A stretch of DNA of 58,613 nt, the filler included, from an uncultured bacterium (GTDB taxonomy: Bacteria > Armatimonadota > Abditibacteriia > Abditibacteriales > Abditibacteriaceae), in assembly GCA_963843795.1 (NCBI GenBank). It is 4 parts of 4 records of this genome, joined end to end, with 100 filler letters (N's around TTAATTAATTAA, not from the genome) between each part and the next. Parts side by side here need not be neighbours in the genome. Positions count along the whole stretch, not along the records: positions 1 to 12,277 come from CAWJLW010000001.1; positions 12,378 to 31,058 come from CAWJLW010000002.1; 2 more parts are not named here. One strand, given 5' to 3'. The notes under the pieces were generated by a model, which saw only the letters and a program-made list of their open reading frames with translations, searched no databases and was not told the DNA's origin. A program made the position numbers and the translations under genes. Below, piece by piece: positions 10,295 through 20,063 of the stretch (position 1 is its first letter; every line of letters begins with the position of its first letter).

Positions 10295-10750
10295 TCAAAT
10301 CAGTGGGCAATGCTGCGCACAAAATTCGTGCTCAATATGCTCTTTGATCTGGTCACGGATTTGGCGTGTGGTCGCTAACTTGGCTTCAGGCGTGCCTTGC
10401 AGCGCGGACGGGTCAGCAAAGCCCCAGTGCAACCGCTGCGTTGGGCCGGGAAAAACCGGGCAGCGTTCGGCGCTGGCATCGTCGCAAACCGCAATCACAT
10501 GGGTGAAAATCTGGCTCGATTTCACCACATCGAAAACATGGCGTGGTTGATAGTTGGAGACGTCGATACCATCTTCTTGGAGAACCGCAACCGCCAGCGG
10601 ATTAACAACCGTGCTATGCGTTGGTTTGAGGCCCGCACTCTGCGCTTCGTAACCATCGCCACACAGTTGATTGAGCATCGCTTCGGCGATGACCGAGCGC
10701 GCCGCGTTATGCACGCAGACAAAGAGAACTTTCTTTTTGCGAGAGAGCAT
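10295..10750 (-). CDS. arsC: Thioredoxin-dependent arsenate reductase (LMW-PTP fold)
   Basis: VLFVCVHNAARS, SAG, VCD...CPVFPG, HWGFADP. Confidence 0.92.
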   Translation of the reverse strand: MLSRKKKVLFVCVHNAARSVIAEAMLNQLCGDGYEAQSAGLKPTHSTVVNPLAVAVLQEDGIDVSNYQPRHVFDVVKSSQIFTHVIAVCDDASAERCPVFPGPTQRLHWGFADPSALQGTPEAKLATTRQIRDQIKEHIEHEFCAQHCPLI

Positions 10751-10785
10751 GATGATTTCTCCAAAGCTAAACGTTCAACAACCAA

Positions 10786-11277
10786 TCAGCAGCAGCCGGC
10801 CGGTCCGCAACCGCAACCATTGGCAGGAGCCATTGTCAGCGACAGCGCCGCCGCTTGAGGCGCGGGCACAATGCACAATTCCGGCGCGAGGCAAGCGGTA
10901 TGCTTGGTGGTGAGTTGCAGCGTCACGAACTCAGCGGACACCTCAGCAGCGGCGACGGGATACTGTGAAATTGCGGCGCTTTCGTATTCAATCTCCAAGT
11001 CCAACTCCTCAGCGGGCAAAAACCCCGCTGCACGGCTGAGCACGTCAGCCATTTTGCCCGCTGCGATGCGATGATCTTCGTCCGGCCCGACCCACGCTTG
11101 CAACTGGCAGGTGCGCGTTTCGCGCATGGTGCCGCCGCAGTCGATAAAGGTCTTTTGCACAAAGGCGACTTCGGTAATGTGAAACGAAATCGGCACCGCG
11201 TTTTGATCGGGCAGTGTCAAGCGAAAACCTTTATCGCGGTTGTTTTGCAGAAGTGTCTTAAATTCGGATAGTGTCAT
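10786..11277 (-). CDS. DUF6428-like arsenic-operon protein with Cys-rich tail
   Basis: FHITEV...FIDCGG...QAW...IEYE...KHTACLAPELC...CGCGPAGCC. Confidence 0.8.
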   Translation of the reverse strand: MTLSEFKTLLQNNRDKGFRLTLPDQNAVPISFHITEVAFVQKTFIDCGGTMRETRTCQLQAWVGPDEDHRIAAGKMADVLSRAAGFLPAEELDLEIEYESAAISQYPVAAAEVSAEFVTLQLTTKHTACLAPELCIVPAPQAAALSLTMAPANGCGCGPAGCC

Positions 11278-11969
11278 GTCGAAAATTCCTTTGTGAGTTC
11301 AGTTGTTGGTTCAGGGCCACGCACCAGGCCCAAAGTGGGAACGGCCAGTAAGGCGCCCGCAATCGGGCCGAGAATGTAAAGCCAGAGCGCGCCCAGATGC
11401 AGCGATACCAATGCAGGCGCAACCGAGCGCGCCGGGTTCATAGAAGCGCCGCAAATTGGCCCCGCAAACATTGCTTCCAAACCGATGACGGCTCCAATGA
11501 CAATGCCCGCTGTAATGCCTTTCTCTTTGGCTCCGGTGGAGACACTTAAAATCACCAGCATCAACAGCCAAGTCAAAACGACTTCGAGAATGAAGGATTG
11601 CAGGGCCGCGCCGCTGGGTGCAGTAGCGCCCAGCGTCGGATGCGTGGGAAACAGAACGCGCAGCAGCAGCGAAGCCGCCAGCCCGCCCGACAATTGCGCG
11701 CCAATATAGGGAGCGATGCAGTGGGCATCAAAGCGTTTTGCAACGGCAAAAGCCAAAGTCACAGCCGGATTGAAATGCGCGCCTGACACATCGCCGAAGG
11801 TGTAGATCAACGCCATGACCACCAGCCCGAAAGTCAAAGCCACGCCGGGATGTGTCACCGCGCCGCCCGCTGTGTCGTTGATAACAATCGCCCCCGTTCC
11901 ACAGAAGACGAGGGCAAACGTCCCGAAAAACTCCGACCACAGCTTGGGTTTCATAGTTTTATCGTGCAT
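11274..11969 (-). CDS. MIP/aquaporin arsenite channel (AqpS-like)
   Basis: SGAHFNPAVT and GASMNPARS (two NPA motifs), located within the ars operon; start at 11969 or 11954. Confidence 0.9.
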   Translation of the reverse strand: MHDKTMKPKLWSEFFGTFALVFCGTGAIVINDTAGGAVTHPGVALTFGLVVMALIYTFGDVSGAHFNPAVTLAFAVAKRFDAHCIAPYIGAQLSGGLAASLLLRVLFPTHPTLGATAPSGAALQSFILEVVLTWLLMLVILSVSTGAKEKGITAGIVIGAVIGLEAMFAGPICGASMNPARSVAPALVSLHLGALWLYILGPIAGALLAVPTLGLVRGPEPTTELTKEFST

Positions 11970-12015
11970 CGCAAATATACGATTTAGAAAACAAAATAAC
12001 GATCCAAGATGATGA

Positions 12016-12277
12016 TCATAGATCACCCAGTAAGCTGCGCAGCCGTTCGAGAGTGGCAGGGTTCAGACAGTAACAGGAACGCGGCCCATCCGTTTCCCCT
12101 TGCACCAGCCCCGCCTCTTTAAGCGTTTTGAGATGTTGCGACACCGAACTTTGTGCCAGTGGCAGCACTTCAACGATTTCACCGCAGATGCAAACCCCTT
12201 TTTCTTTGAGAAAACGCACGATGGCCACGCGCGCCGGATGCCCTAACGCCGCAGCAAGGCGCGCAAATTCGGCATCA
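12016..12277 (-). CDS. arsR: ArsR/SmtB repressor (5' end cut by the contig gap)
   Basis: ALGHPARVAI...CICGEIV...LAQSSVSQHLKTLKEAGLV...SCYCL. Confidence 0.9.
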
Positions 12278-12377
12278 NNNNNNNNNNNNNNNNNNNNNNN
12301 NNNNNNNNNNNNNNNNNNNNNTTAATTAATTAANNNNNNNNNNNNNNNNNNNNNNNNNNNNNNNNNNNNNNNNNNNN
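12278..12377. other. Assembly linker (N-run/TTAATTAATTAA/N-run)
   Basis: Six-frame stop spacer within Ns; identical linkers at 31059-31158 and 38453-38552. Confidence 0.97.
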
Positions 12378-12395
12378 ACATAAAGGACGTTATGT
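12378..12395. promoter_or_regulatory. Second putative recombinase site ACATAA-AGGACG-TTATGT at the contig start
   Basis: Inverted arms with the same 6-bp spacer as 1543-1560, in opposite orientation. Confidence 0.55.
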
Positions 12396-12431
12396 GCTGT
12401 TAAAACCCAAGCAGGGGAGTGACATCTGTCA

Positions 12432-12898
12432 TGTCATTTTTGGAATTAAATGGCCCTTTTCCTTTGGCGGTATTTGGCCCTTTGTGCCGCCAGACGAATT
12501 CCGAAACAACAGTGTCCCAAAAACCCGGGTTTTTGGGGCGCACCGCAAGACACGATGAATTGTATCGAAAACGACTGCAAATGTGTCTCGAAAGTCGTCC
12601 CACAATCAAAATTCTAAAACTCCGATTAGAAGTAGTGTTTTGGAATGGTGGGGGTCGGCTCACGAAACGGATTATAAAGCACGTTAAGTGGTTCATCCGC
12701 TAAGTTCGGGGTGTTCAAATACAGAAATAGTGCGCTCAAAAGCCGCAAATTTCAGTTCGCTCCTTCGATATTGCCAGTCCAGGAAACCGGAATAGACTTA
12801 GCGGATGAACCAGTTAGCGTGCTTTATAATCCGTTTCGTGAGCCGACCCCTGGTGTGAAGCCGGAATTTAGAAGGGCCATTTAATTCCAAAAGTGACA
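12432..12898. mobile_element. Non-autonomous element with 27-bp TGTCA...TGACA terminal IRs (IS21-like ends)
   Basis: TGTCATTTTTGGAATTAAATGGCCCTT (12432-12458) versus 12872-12898 reverse complement, 26/27 identical; no transposase and no clear target duplication. Confidence 0.65.
12651..12850. mobile_element. 200-bp Tn3-derived miniature element (TIME/MITE) with 5-bp target duplication
   Basis: 38-bp IR GGGGTCGGCTCACGAAACGGATTATAAAGCACGTTAAG (imperfect IR extends to about 55 bp); TGGTG flanks both sides (12646-12650, 12851-12855). Confidence 0.88.
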
Positions 12899-12941
12899 GA
12901 GTTGAGCGACCGAGCTACAAGGTGAGCTTTCCACAATAAAA

Positions 12942-12980
12942 CTAAAGCCGCCCCAAACTATGAGTTTGGGGCGGCTTTAG
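12942..12980 (-). terminator. Rho-independent terminator ending the metal island transcript
   Basis: CTAAAGCCGCCCCAAACT-atg-AGTTTGGGGCGGCTTTAG stem; the A-run on its left gives a U-tract on the minus strand. Confidence 0.8.
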
Positions 12981-12998
12981 GGCTACTTGGTGGCTGCG

Positions 12999-13127
12999 TT
13001 ATTTCTTGCAGCAGGGCGCGTCCGGCTTACAGCATTCGCCGCTGGGTTTGCAGCAGTCGGCGGCTTGTGCAACAGCACTTAAAGCCAAGACTGACAACAG
13101 ACCCATTAGGGTGAAGAGCTTGCTCAT
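12999..13127 (-). CDS. 42-aa secreted Cys-rich peptide (metallothionein-like)
   Basis: AAGGAGG RBS; MSKLFTLMGLLSVLALSAVAQA signal then ADCCKPSGECCKPDAPCCKK. Confidence 0.75.
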   Translation of the reverse strand: MSKLFTLMGLLSVLALSAVAQAADCCKPSGECCKPDAPCCKK

Positions 13128-13191
13128 GGAATTCCTCCTTTTAAATTGTTCTCGGTACGTGTCACGGGGATGACGAAAGGCAAAGCCCACG

Positions 13192-13623
13192 TCACACCAC
13201 AGGTGGAGCACGACCGGAACGCAAAGGCGGACCATGTCGGGAATGAAAACCGAAAGGTGTCGGTGCGCGATCTATGTCGCGTGCGATGAGTGGCAACCGA
13301 AATGGCGAGGGAAGAATCGCGAGCACAGCCACGCTCTGGTCATTGGGAGTTGCGACAACGAGATGTGTCTGGGCAGCGGTAACGGCCAAAACCTGGCCCG
13401 ATTCGCTTTGGGGGATGATGCCACCTGAAGGCAAAGTCAGAGGGTGACAACAACAACGGGCCGATCCAGCACACGGCTGCGCCATGCCCTCACAGACAAA
13501 GATAGCACTTCCGATGCGCTGGGTCATTGGACACGACCAAGCCGCTGATGGCATCCAGGACGCTAAAAGCGCCAGCAAAGCTATCGTCGCCACGGGAATC
13601 CGTCGCCACCGTATCATAGTCAT
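13192..13623 (-). CDS. DUF2946/CutF-like leader protein with C-terminal RAPP motif
   Basis: Signal peptide, CPM...C...C...CCC, ends HGPPLRSGRAPPVV. Confidence 0.7.
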   Translation of the reverse strand: MTMIRWRRIPVATIALLALLASWMPSAAWSCPMTQRIGSAIFVCEGMAQPCAGSARCCCHPLTLPSGGIIPQSESGQVLAVTAAQTHLVVATPNDQSVAVLAILPSPFRLPLIARDIDRAPTPFGFHSRHGPPLRSGRAPPVV

Positions 13624-13650
13624 AGCAACGCTAACCCAAAACAGCGGTTC

Positions 13651-15872
13651 CTACGACCGTATTTGAAAGCGCAGCAAACGCAGACCGTTGAAAACTACCA
13701 ACAGACTCCCGCCCATATCTGCAAAGACCGCCATCCAAAGCGTCGCGTGTCCGGTCAAGGCGAGAGCGAAAAAGACGATTTTAATACCAATGGCGAGCAC
13801 GATGTTTTGTCTTCAGTACGCGCCCGGTTTGGCGGCTGAGAGCAATGAAGAGTGGCAGCTTGCGAAGATCGTCCTGCATCAGCGCGACATCGGCAGTTTC
13901 AATGGCGGTGTCGGTGCCCGCCGCACCCATCGCAAAGCCAATGCTCGATTTCGCCAACGCTGGCGCGTCGTTGATGCCGTCGCCCACCATGCCCACCGCG
14001 CCATATTGCTTTAACAGTTCGTCTATCGCGGCCAACTTGTCTTCGGGCAGAAGATCGCCTCGCGCGTCGTCAATGCCAACTTTGTTCGCAATAGAGCGCG
14101 CCGTCGTCGCGTTGTCGCCGGTCAACATCACGCTTTTTATGCCCAAATCGTGCAACGCTTTCAGCGCCTCCATGCTGGTTTGGCGCAGCGTGTCGGCCAC
14201 GCCCAGAACCGCGAGAGCTTCTTTGTCGGTGGTCAGCACGACGGTTGTTTTGCCTTGGGATTCGAGCCGTTTCAAAACTTCCTCGACGTGCGGCCCGGCC
14301 ACACCGTTTTCCTGGGCCAGGCGGTGATTGCCGACAAAGTACTTGGTGCCGCCAATCGTGCCTGTCACGCCCCGTCCGGTGAGGCTCTCGAAGCCTTCGA
14401 CCGTCAGCAATTCGCTCGACCTAACAATGCTTTGGGGTCTCACCGCAGCGGTCGAAGCAGTGAACGTCGAATCGACGGGTGTTTGCTCGACTTTTGTCCA
14501 CGCCGCAACAATCGCTGAAGCGACCGGATGCTCCGAGCGCACATCCAAACTCGCTGCCAGTTGTAATAAATCATTGGGCGCTTGGCCGTTCAGCGGAATA
14601 ATATCGGTCACAATTGGCTTGCCGTGCGTGAGCGTGCCCGTTTTGTCGAGAGCGACGACTTTGAGCTGGTGCCCCAATTCGAGATAGACGCCGCCTTTGA
14701 CCAGAATGCCAAGCCGGGCCGCTGCTGCCAGACCGCTCACTACCGTGACCGGAGTGGAAATGACCAGCGCACACGGGCAAGCGATCACCAACATCACGAG
14801 CGCTTTATAAAGCCAGGGCGAAAAAGCCGCGCTGAAAAGCAGCGGTGGCACGACTGCCACCAAAATGGCGAGCAAGACAACAGCGGGTGTGTAATAGCGC
14901 GCAAAATTGTCGATAAAGCGCTGCGTCGGGGCGCGAGCTGCTTGCGCTTGTTGCACGGCGCGGATGATGCGAGCGAGCGTGGTGTTGCCCTTGTTGGCCG
15001 TCACTTCAAACTCAAAGGCACCGCGCTCATTAACGGAACCGGCGAAAACCGCATCGCCCGCTTTCTTTTCGACCGGCATACTTTCGCCAGTAATAGGCGC
15101 TTGATTCACTGAAGACGCGCCTAGGGAAACGGTGCCGTCGAGTGGGATGCGCTCGCCCGGCTTGACGCGCACGGTTTGCCCGATTTGCACCGTGCTGGCC
15201 GGAACTTCGCGCCACTCGCGCATGACGCCTTCTTCGCTTCGCACCGTTGCGGTTTCAGGGGACATTTCCATCAGGCCGCGAATCGCGTTGCGGGCGCGAT
15301 CCAGCGAAAAGGCTTCCACCATTTCGGCGACGCCGAAAAGAAACGTTACCATCGCCGCTTCGGGCCACTGGCCGATGCACATGGCGCCGATGACGGCGAG
15401 CGCCATTAAAAAATTGATGTTGGGTGTCAGGGTTCGCAGCGCTACCATGCCCTTGCGAAGAGTGTCACGCCCACCAGCTACGATGGACAGCAACGCAAGA
15501 GCGAACACTGGCACCGAGGTTTCGCTGGACCCCATCCACGCGACCGCTTCGGCGCCCAGCGCCGCCGCCCCGGAGACTCCTGAAGAGTACTTTGGTCGCC
15601 ACCGAGACGGGGGAGGAATGCGCGTGCTCTTCACCATCATCGAAAGTTTCGGCGTCCGGTGCGGCGGTTTTGAGTCTGGCGCCCATGCCCAGAGAATCCA
15701 GCGCGACGATCAAAGGCGTTTCGTCCGGCAAGCGGTGCGTGATCGTCAGTTGACGCTGCATCACATTGAAGTCCATCGTTGTGATACCGTCAATGGATTT
15801 TAGGCGATTGCGAATGATGCCTTCTTCGGTCGGACAGCACAAATCGGCGACGTAAAAGGTAGATTGTTTCAT
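13651..15872 (-). CDS. cadA: Zn/Cd/Pb P1B-type ATPase (ZntA/CadA-like), two single-base frameshifts in this assembly
   Basis: N-terminal LCCPTEE metal-binding domain, TGES, IACPCAL, DKTGT, SEHP, GDGINDAP. Extra bases at about 15581 and 13810 break the frame; the corrected C-terminus is AVFADMGGSLLVVFNGLRLL. Confidence 0.88.
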
Positions 15873-15883
15873 AAAGGCTTCCT

Positions 15884-18571
15884 TTACTGCTTACTATCGG
15901 GCGTATAGCGCAGCAATCGCAGGGCATTGAAAACAACCAACAAGGTGCTGCCTTCATGGAAAATCACGGCGAGGCTGATACCCGCCAGCCCGAAGAGCGT
16001 CGAAGGCATGAGCAGCGCGATAACCCCCAAGGAAATCCACAAGTTTTGCTGGATGATGGCGCGCGACAGGCGGCTCAAACCGACTGCGAAAGGCAGCTTG
16101 GTCATGTCGTCGGCCATCAGCGCGACATCGGCGGTTTCAAGGGCTACGTCCGTTCCACCTGCGCCCATCGCGATGCCGACCGTTGCCGTCGCCAGTGCGG
16201 GCGCATCGTTCACGCCGTCGCCGACCATGGCGACTTGCCCGTGTTTTTGTAGCAAATCTTTAATCGCTGTCACTTTATCTTCAGGCATCAGGTCGCCACG
16301 AAAATCCGTGACTCCCGCTGTTTGCGCGATTGTTTTGGCAACGCGCGCGTTGTCGCCAGTCAACATGATGAGATTGGGCACGCCCATCGCGCGTAACTTT
16401 TCTAGGGCAGCGCGGCTTTCCGCGCGAATCTCATCGGCCAAAGCCAGCGCGCCCAATACTTGCTCGCCGCGACCCACGATCATGATCGGCTTGCCACTAT
16501 CGCTCCATGCCTGAATTTTGGCCGTTAAATCTTGCGGCACGGCGATATTCGCTTCCTCGAACATCTTCAAATTGCCGATGCGGATCAGCTCGTTTTCGAC
16601 CGTACTCTCTACACCGCGCCCTTGTACGTTCTTCAAATCACCGGCGGCGGGAAGTTCGAGTTTTTCCTCTTGCGCGCGGCGCACAACGGCTTGTGCGAGA
16701 GGATGCGTCGAGCGCGTTTCGACTGCTGCGACCAAACGCAAAAACTCCCGTTCGTCCATGCCAAGAGAAATGATGTCCGAAACCGCAGGTTTGCCGCGCG
16801 TGATGGTGCCAGTCTTGTCCAATGCGATGGCTTGCAGCGTGCCGAGATTTTCCAGATGGACGCCACCTTTGATTAAGACTCCGTTGCGCGCCGCCTGACC
16901 GATTCCCGCCAAAACCGCCGAGGGAGTCGCCAAGGCGAGTGCGCACGGTGAAGCGGCTACCAGAGTACTTAAAGCCCGCAAAATCGCCGCTTTCCAGGTC
17001 AACCACCCCAGCAGCGGTGGTGCAACGGCAGCTAAAACGACGATGCCCAACACGATGGGCACGAAAACAGTTTCAAAGCGGTCGGTGAAACTTTGCGTTG
17101 GGGATTTCTGGCTTTGCGCTTCCTCGACCATTTTGATGACGCGCGACATCGTGGTGTCAGCGGCCAACTTGGTCACTTCAATTTCAAGCGCGCCGTCGCC
17201 GTTGATGCTGCCCGCAAAAACGCCGTCGCCGACATTCTTTTCAACTGGCACGCTTTCGCCGGTAATCGGGCTTTGGTCAATTGCCGAGCGGGCCAGGATG
17301 ATTTTGCCGTCCACTGCCACGCGGTCGCCAGGCCGTACGATGGCAATGTCGCCCACTTGAAGCTGCGCGACCGGCACTTCGATTTCCTGATTATCGCGCC
17401 GCACGAGCGCGACTTTGGGCGTCAGCTTGCCCAGTGCCTCTATCGCATTACGTGCCCGCTCCATCGCGAAATGTTCGAGCGCATGGCCGAATGAGAATAA
17501 GAATAAGAGCAACGCGCCCTCGAACCACTCGCCCAGCGCCGCAGCGCCAACGGCGGCGACCAGCATCAAGAATTCGACGTCGAACTTGCCGCGCAGCACG
17601 GTGGGGACGGTGTGGCGCGCTAAATCCCAGCCACCAGAAATATAGGCCAAGATGTAAATGCCGATGGCAACTGGCGTCGGCAACCCAAAGTATTTTTGTC
17701 CTAAGAATCCAACTCCGGCCAGCAAACCCGACAGCAGCGATTGCGAAAGTTCGGGATTGCGTGCGAACCAGCCCGCGTTCGGATCAACCGCCGCGTGCGA
17801 ATGTCCGGCATGGCCACCTTTTTCCTCGTGCGGCTCATGGCCCTCATCGTCGTGCGCGTGGCCTTCGTGGTCTTCGGGCTCGTGGTCTTCGGGCGCGTGA
17901 CCAGCGTGACCAGCATGGCCCTCATCGTCGTGCGGGTGTCCGGCGTGCCCGTCCGTTTCTTCGTGCGAATGCTCGGTGTGGTCGCCGTGCGGCTCGTGGC
18001 CCTCGTCATCGTGCGGGTGTCCGGCGTGCAGGTCATGCGGCACGCTATCGGGCTGGATGTCGCGGTGTGCGGTGGTTTGTGGCGCGTCGGGAATGCGATA
18101 GCCCATGCCGCGCACTGCCTTCACAATGGCGTCGCGGCTTGTTTGCGTCGAGTCGTATTCGACGCGCATGAGTTCGGCGGCGTAGTTGACCACGACATCC
18201 AAAACTCCATTCACGCGCCGCACGCCGCTTTCGATGTGGGCGACGTTGGTGCCCTGCGCCATGCCCTTAACCGGGATCATTTCATGCCGGTAGCGCGTGG
18301 TAATCTGCACGCCTTCATCGCGCACCATGCGTTCCAAACGCGCGAGTGGCATCAGGTTGGGATCGTAGTGCAAGCACAAAATGGGCTTGCCATTTTTCTG
18401 CTCGACATGAACCTGTGTGATGCCATTCTGCGCGCTCATCTGCTTTTCCAAACGTGAAACGCAGCCATCGCGCGCATCATCCACGCCGGGCAGCACAACC
18501 GGAATTTCCAATTGCAAAATACTTTGGCCGCGCGCGACGGCGTGGGTTTGGACGGCGTGTTTAAGAGACAT
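15884..18571 (-). CDS. P1B-4-type heavy-metal ATPase with HMA-like domains and His-rich linker
   Basis: VAASPCAL (SPC), DKTGT, GDGVNDAP, HEGST; a His/Asp/Glu-rich repeat lies before the first TM helix. Confidence 0.92.
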   Translation of the reverse strand: MSLKHAVQTHAVARGQSILQLEIPVVLPGVDDARDGCVSRLEKQMSAQNGITQVHVEQKNGKPILCLHYDPNLMPLARLERMVRDEGVQITTRYRHEMIPVKGMAQGTNVAHIESGVRRVNGVLDVVVNYAAELMRVEYDSTQTSRDAIVKAVRGMGYRIPDAPQTTAHRDIQPDSVPHDLHAGHPHDDEGHEPHGDHTEHSHEETDGHAGHPHDDEGHAGHAGHAPEDHEPEDHEGHAHDDEGHEPHEEKGGHAGHSHAAVDPNAGWFARNPELSQSLLSGLLAGVGFLGQKYFGLPTPVAIGIYILAYISGGWDLARHTVPTVLRGKFDVEFLMLVAAVGAAALGEWFEGALLLFLFSFGHALEHFAMERARNAIEALGKLTPKVALVRRDNQEIEVPVAQLQVGDIAIVRPGDRVAVDGKIILARSAIDQSPITGESVPVEKNVGDGVFAGSINGDGALEIEVTKLAADTTMSRVIKMVEEAQSQKSPTQSFTDRFETVFVPIVLGIVVLAAVAPPLLGWLTWKAAILRALSTLVAASPCALALATPSAVLAGIGQAARNGVLIKGGVHLENLGTLQAIALDKTGTITRGKPAVSDIISLGMDEREFLRLVAAVETRSTHPLAQAVVRRAQEEKLELPAAGDLKNVQGRGVESTVENELIRIGNLKMFEEANIAVPQDLTAKIQAWSDSGKPIMIVGRGEQVLGALALADEIRAESRAALEKLRAMGVPNLIMLTGDNARVAKTIAQTAGVTDFRGDLMPEDKVTAIKDLLQKHGQVAMVGDGVNDAPALATATVGIAMGAGGTDVALETADVALMADDMTKLPFAVGLSRLSRAIIQQNLWISLGVIALLMPSTLFGLAGISLAVIFHEGSTLLVVFNALRLLRYTPDSKQ
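17793..18040 (-). repeat. Coding repeats giving (GHPHDDEGH)-type His-rich tract
   Basis: Near-identical ~32-bp units at about 17917-17948 and 17998-18029, plus further degenerate copies, all in frame. Confidence 0.8.
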
Positions 18572-18866
18572 CGTGTTCTCCGGTGCGAATCAAAACTGTG
18601 TGCTGGACATCGGTCACGAAAATACGCCCGTCACCGTGCTTGCCGGTGTGGGCGTGAGTTTGAATAGCCGCAAGTACTTGCGGCACCAATTCGTCTGGCA
18701 CCACCAGTTCGATTTTGGAATTGATGTCTGGATTGACGTTGCCGCGCGCCGCATTGGTACAACGCACCTCTGAGGTCATCACGCCCGTCACGCCTTCGAT
18801 ACCGTGTAGCGAACTGAGAACGTGATTGAGCATGAACGGCTGAATGATGGCTTTGATTTCTTTCAT
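18561..18866 (-). CDS. P-II family protein (metal-efflux-associated GlnB-like)
   Basis: MKEIKAIIQPF...KIELVV...AHTGKHGDGRIFV...IRTGE; shortened T-loop. Confidence 0.9.
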   Translation of the reverse strand: MKEIKAIIQPFMLNHVLSSLHGIEGVTGVMTSEVRCTNAARGNVNPDINSKIELVVPDELVPQVLAAIQTHAHTGKHGDGRIFVTDVQHTVLIRTGEHDVS

Positions 18867-19948
18867 GATGTTTCTCCTGCGGCGTGCCCATGCCGATGAT
18901 GGATGTCAGGGAAGTGCGGGTGCGAATGCGTTAGCGGCTCGTGAGTATGTTCGTGTGTGTGCGGCTTGGTCGGGTCAACACCCGCCGCGTGCGCGTGCTG
19001 ATGATGCTCGTCGTGAATATGGCGATGCGAGTGTTGCAGCCGCTCGTGATGATGCGCGTGTTCGTGCTTTTCGGTCAGGTGCAGCCAGACACCGATGACC
19101 ATGAGTCCTCCGGCTGCAACAAAAAGCGCCCCGACCGATTCGCGCAACAAGAGAAGTGACACAAGAGCGCCGACAAAAGGCGCGAGGGAAAAATAGGCGC
19201 CGGTGCGCGCCGTGCCGAGATTGCGCAGTGCGAGAACAAAACAGGCCAGACTCAATCCGTAGCCCAAGAAACCCACTACCAGCGCGCCTGCAAGTACTTG
19301 CAGCGGCGGTAGCGACGCGCCCAACGCCAGCGCGATGGCAAGATTGACGCTGCCAGCCACCAGTCCTTTAATCGCGGCGATTTGAAAAGGATCGCTGGAC
19401 GAGACTTTCTGCGTCAGGTTGTTGTCCACGCCCCAGCACAAACACGCTCCGGCCACCAGAAGCGCGCCACTTGAAAATGCCAATCCCGCGCCCGGCTGCC
19501 ACGACAACAGCAATCCGCCCGCGACAATGGCAACCATGCCCAGCGCGATGCGGCGGTCGAAGTTTTCGCGAAAAACAAACCACGCTAGCAGCGCTGTAAA
19601 GACGCCTTCGAGGTTCAACAAAAGCGAGGCTGTCGCCGCTGCGGTACTGTGTAATCCCAACATCAGCAATACCGGACCAAGCGCGCCACCGAAGAACACT
19701 GCACCCGCTAACCAGCCCCATTGCTCGCGCGGCAGCGATGCTTCGCCCGCACCCAAAGTACTTTGTCGCCGCGCCAATCGCACGAGGGATAAGCCGATGC
19801 CCGAACCGAGATAAAGCAATCCGGCCAGCAGCACCGGCGAAACTTCGCCCAGCAGCAACTTGGCGAAGGGAGTACTCGCACCGAAGAGCGCCGCCGCTAT
19901 AAATGCTATTCCTACTCCCGTGGGAAGGGGCGCTTTGATTTCTTTCAT
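18863..19948 (-). CDS. DMT/EamA transporter with His-rich C-terminal tail
   Basis: About 10 TM helices (LFGASTPFAK, ASLLLNLE, WGVDNNLT, LGTARTGAYF) and tail HEHAHHHERLQHSHRHIHDEHHQH...PDIHHRHGH; RBS supports the ATG at 19948. Confidence 0.9.
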   Translation of the reverse strand: MKEIKAPLPTGVGIAFIAAALFGASTPFAKLLLGEVSPVLLAGLLYLGSGIGLSLVRLARRQSTLGAGEASLPREQWGWLAGAVFFGGALGPVLLMLGLHSTAAATASLLLNLEGVFTALLAWFVFRENFDRRIALGMVAIVAGGLLLSWQPGAGLAFSSGALLVAGACLCWGVDNNLTQKVSSSDPFQIAAIKGLVAGSVNLAIALALGASLPPLQVLAGALVVGFLGYGLSLACFVLALRNLGTARTGAYFSLAPFVGALVSLLLLRESVGALFVAAGGLMVIGVWLHLTEKHEHAHHHERLQHSHRHIHDEHHQHAHAAGVDPTKPHTHEHTHEPLTHSHPHFPDIHHRHGHAAGETS

Positions 19949-20063
19949 GGTGTTTCTCCTCTGTCTTTCACCCGATAAGCAACGCCAGCAGACAACGCCT
20001 GCGGAAGCGGCTGAAGGCGGACGAGGCCGACAAACTGCGCTACCTGGTTCTTCACCGGTGTTT

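Noticed and set aside
12278..12377. TTAATTAATTAA palindrome as a biological site (also 31059-31158 and 38453-38552)
   Set aside because: Standard six-frame-stop contig linker embedded in Ns.
17793..18040. Repeats in the ATPase as an array or mobile element
   Set aside because: In-frame coding repeats for the His-rich linker.
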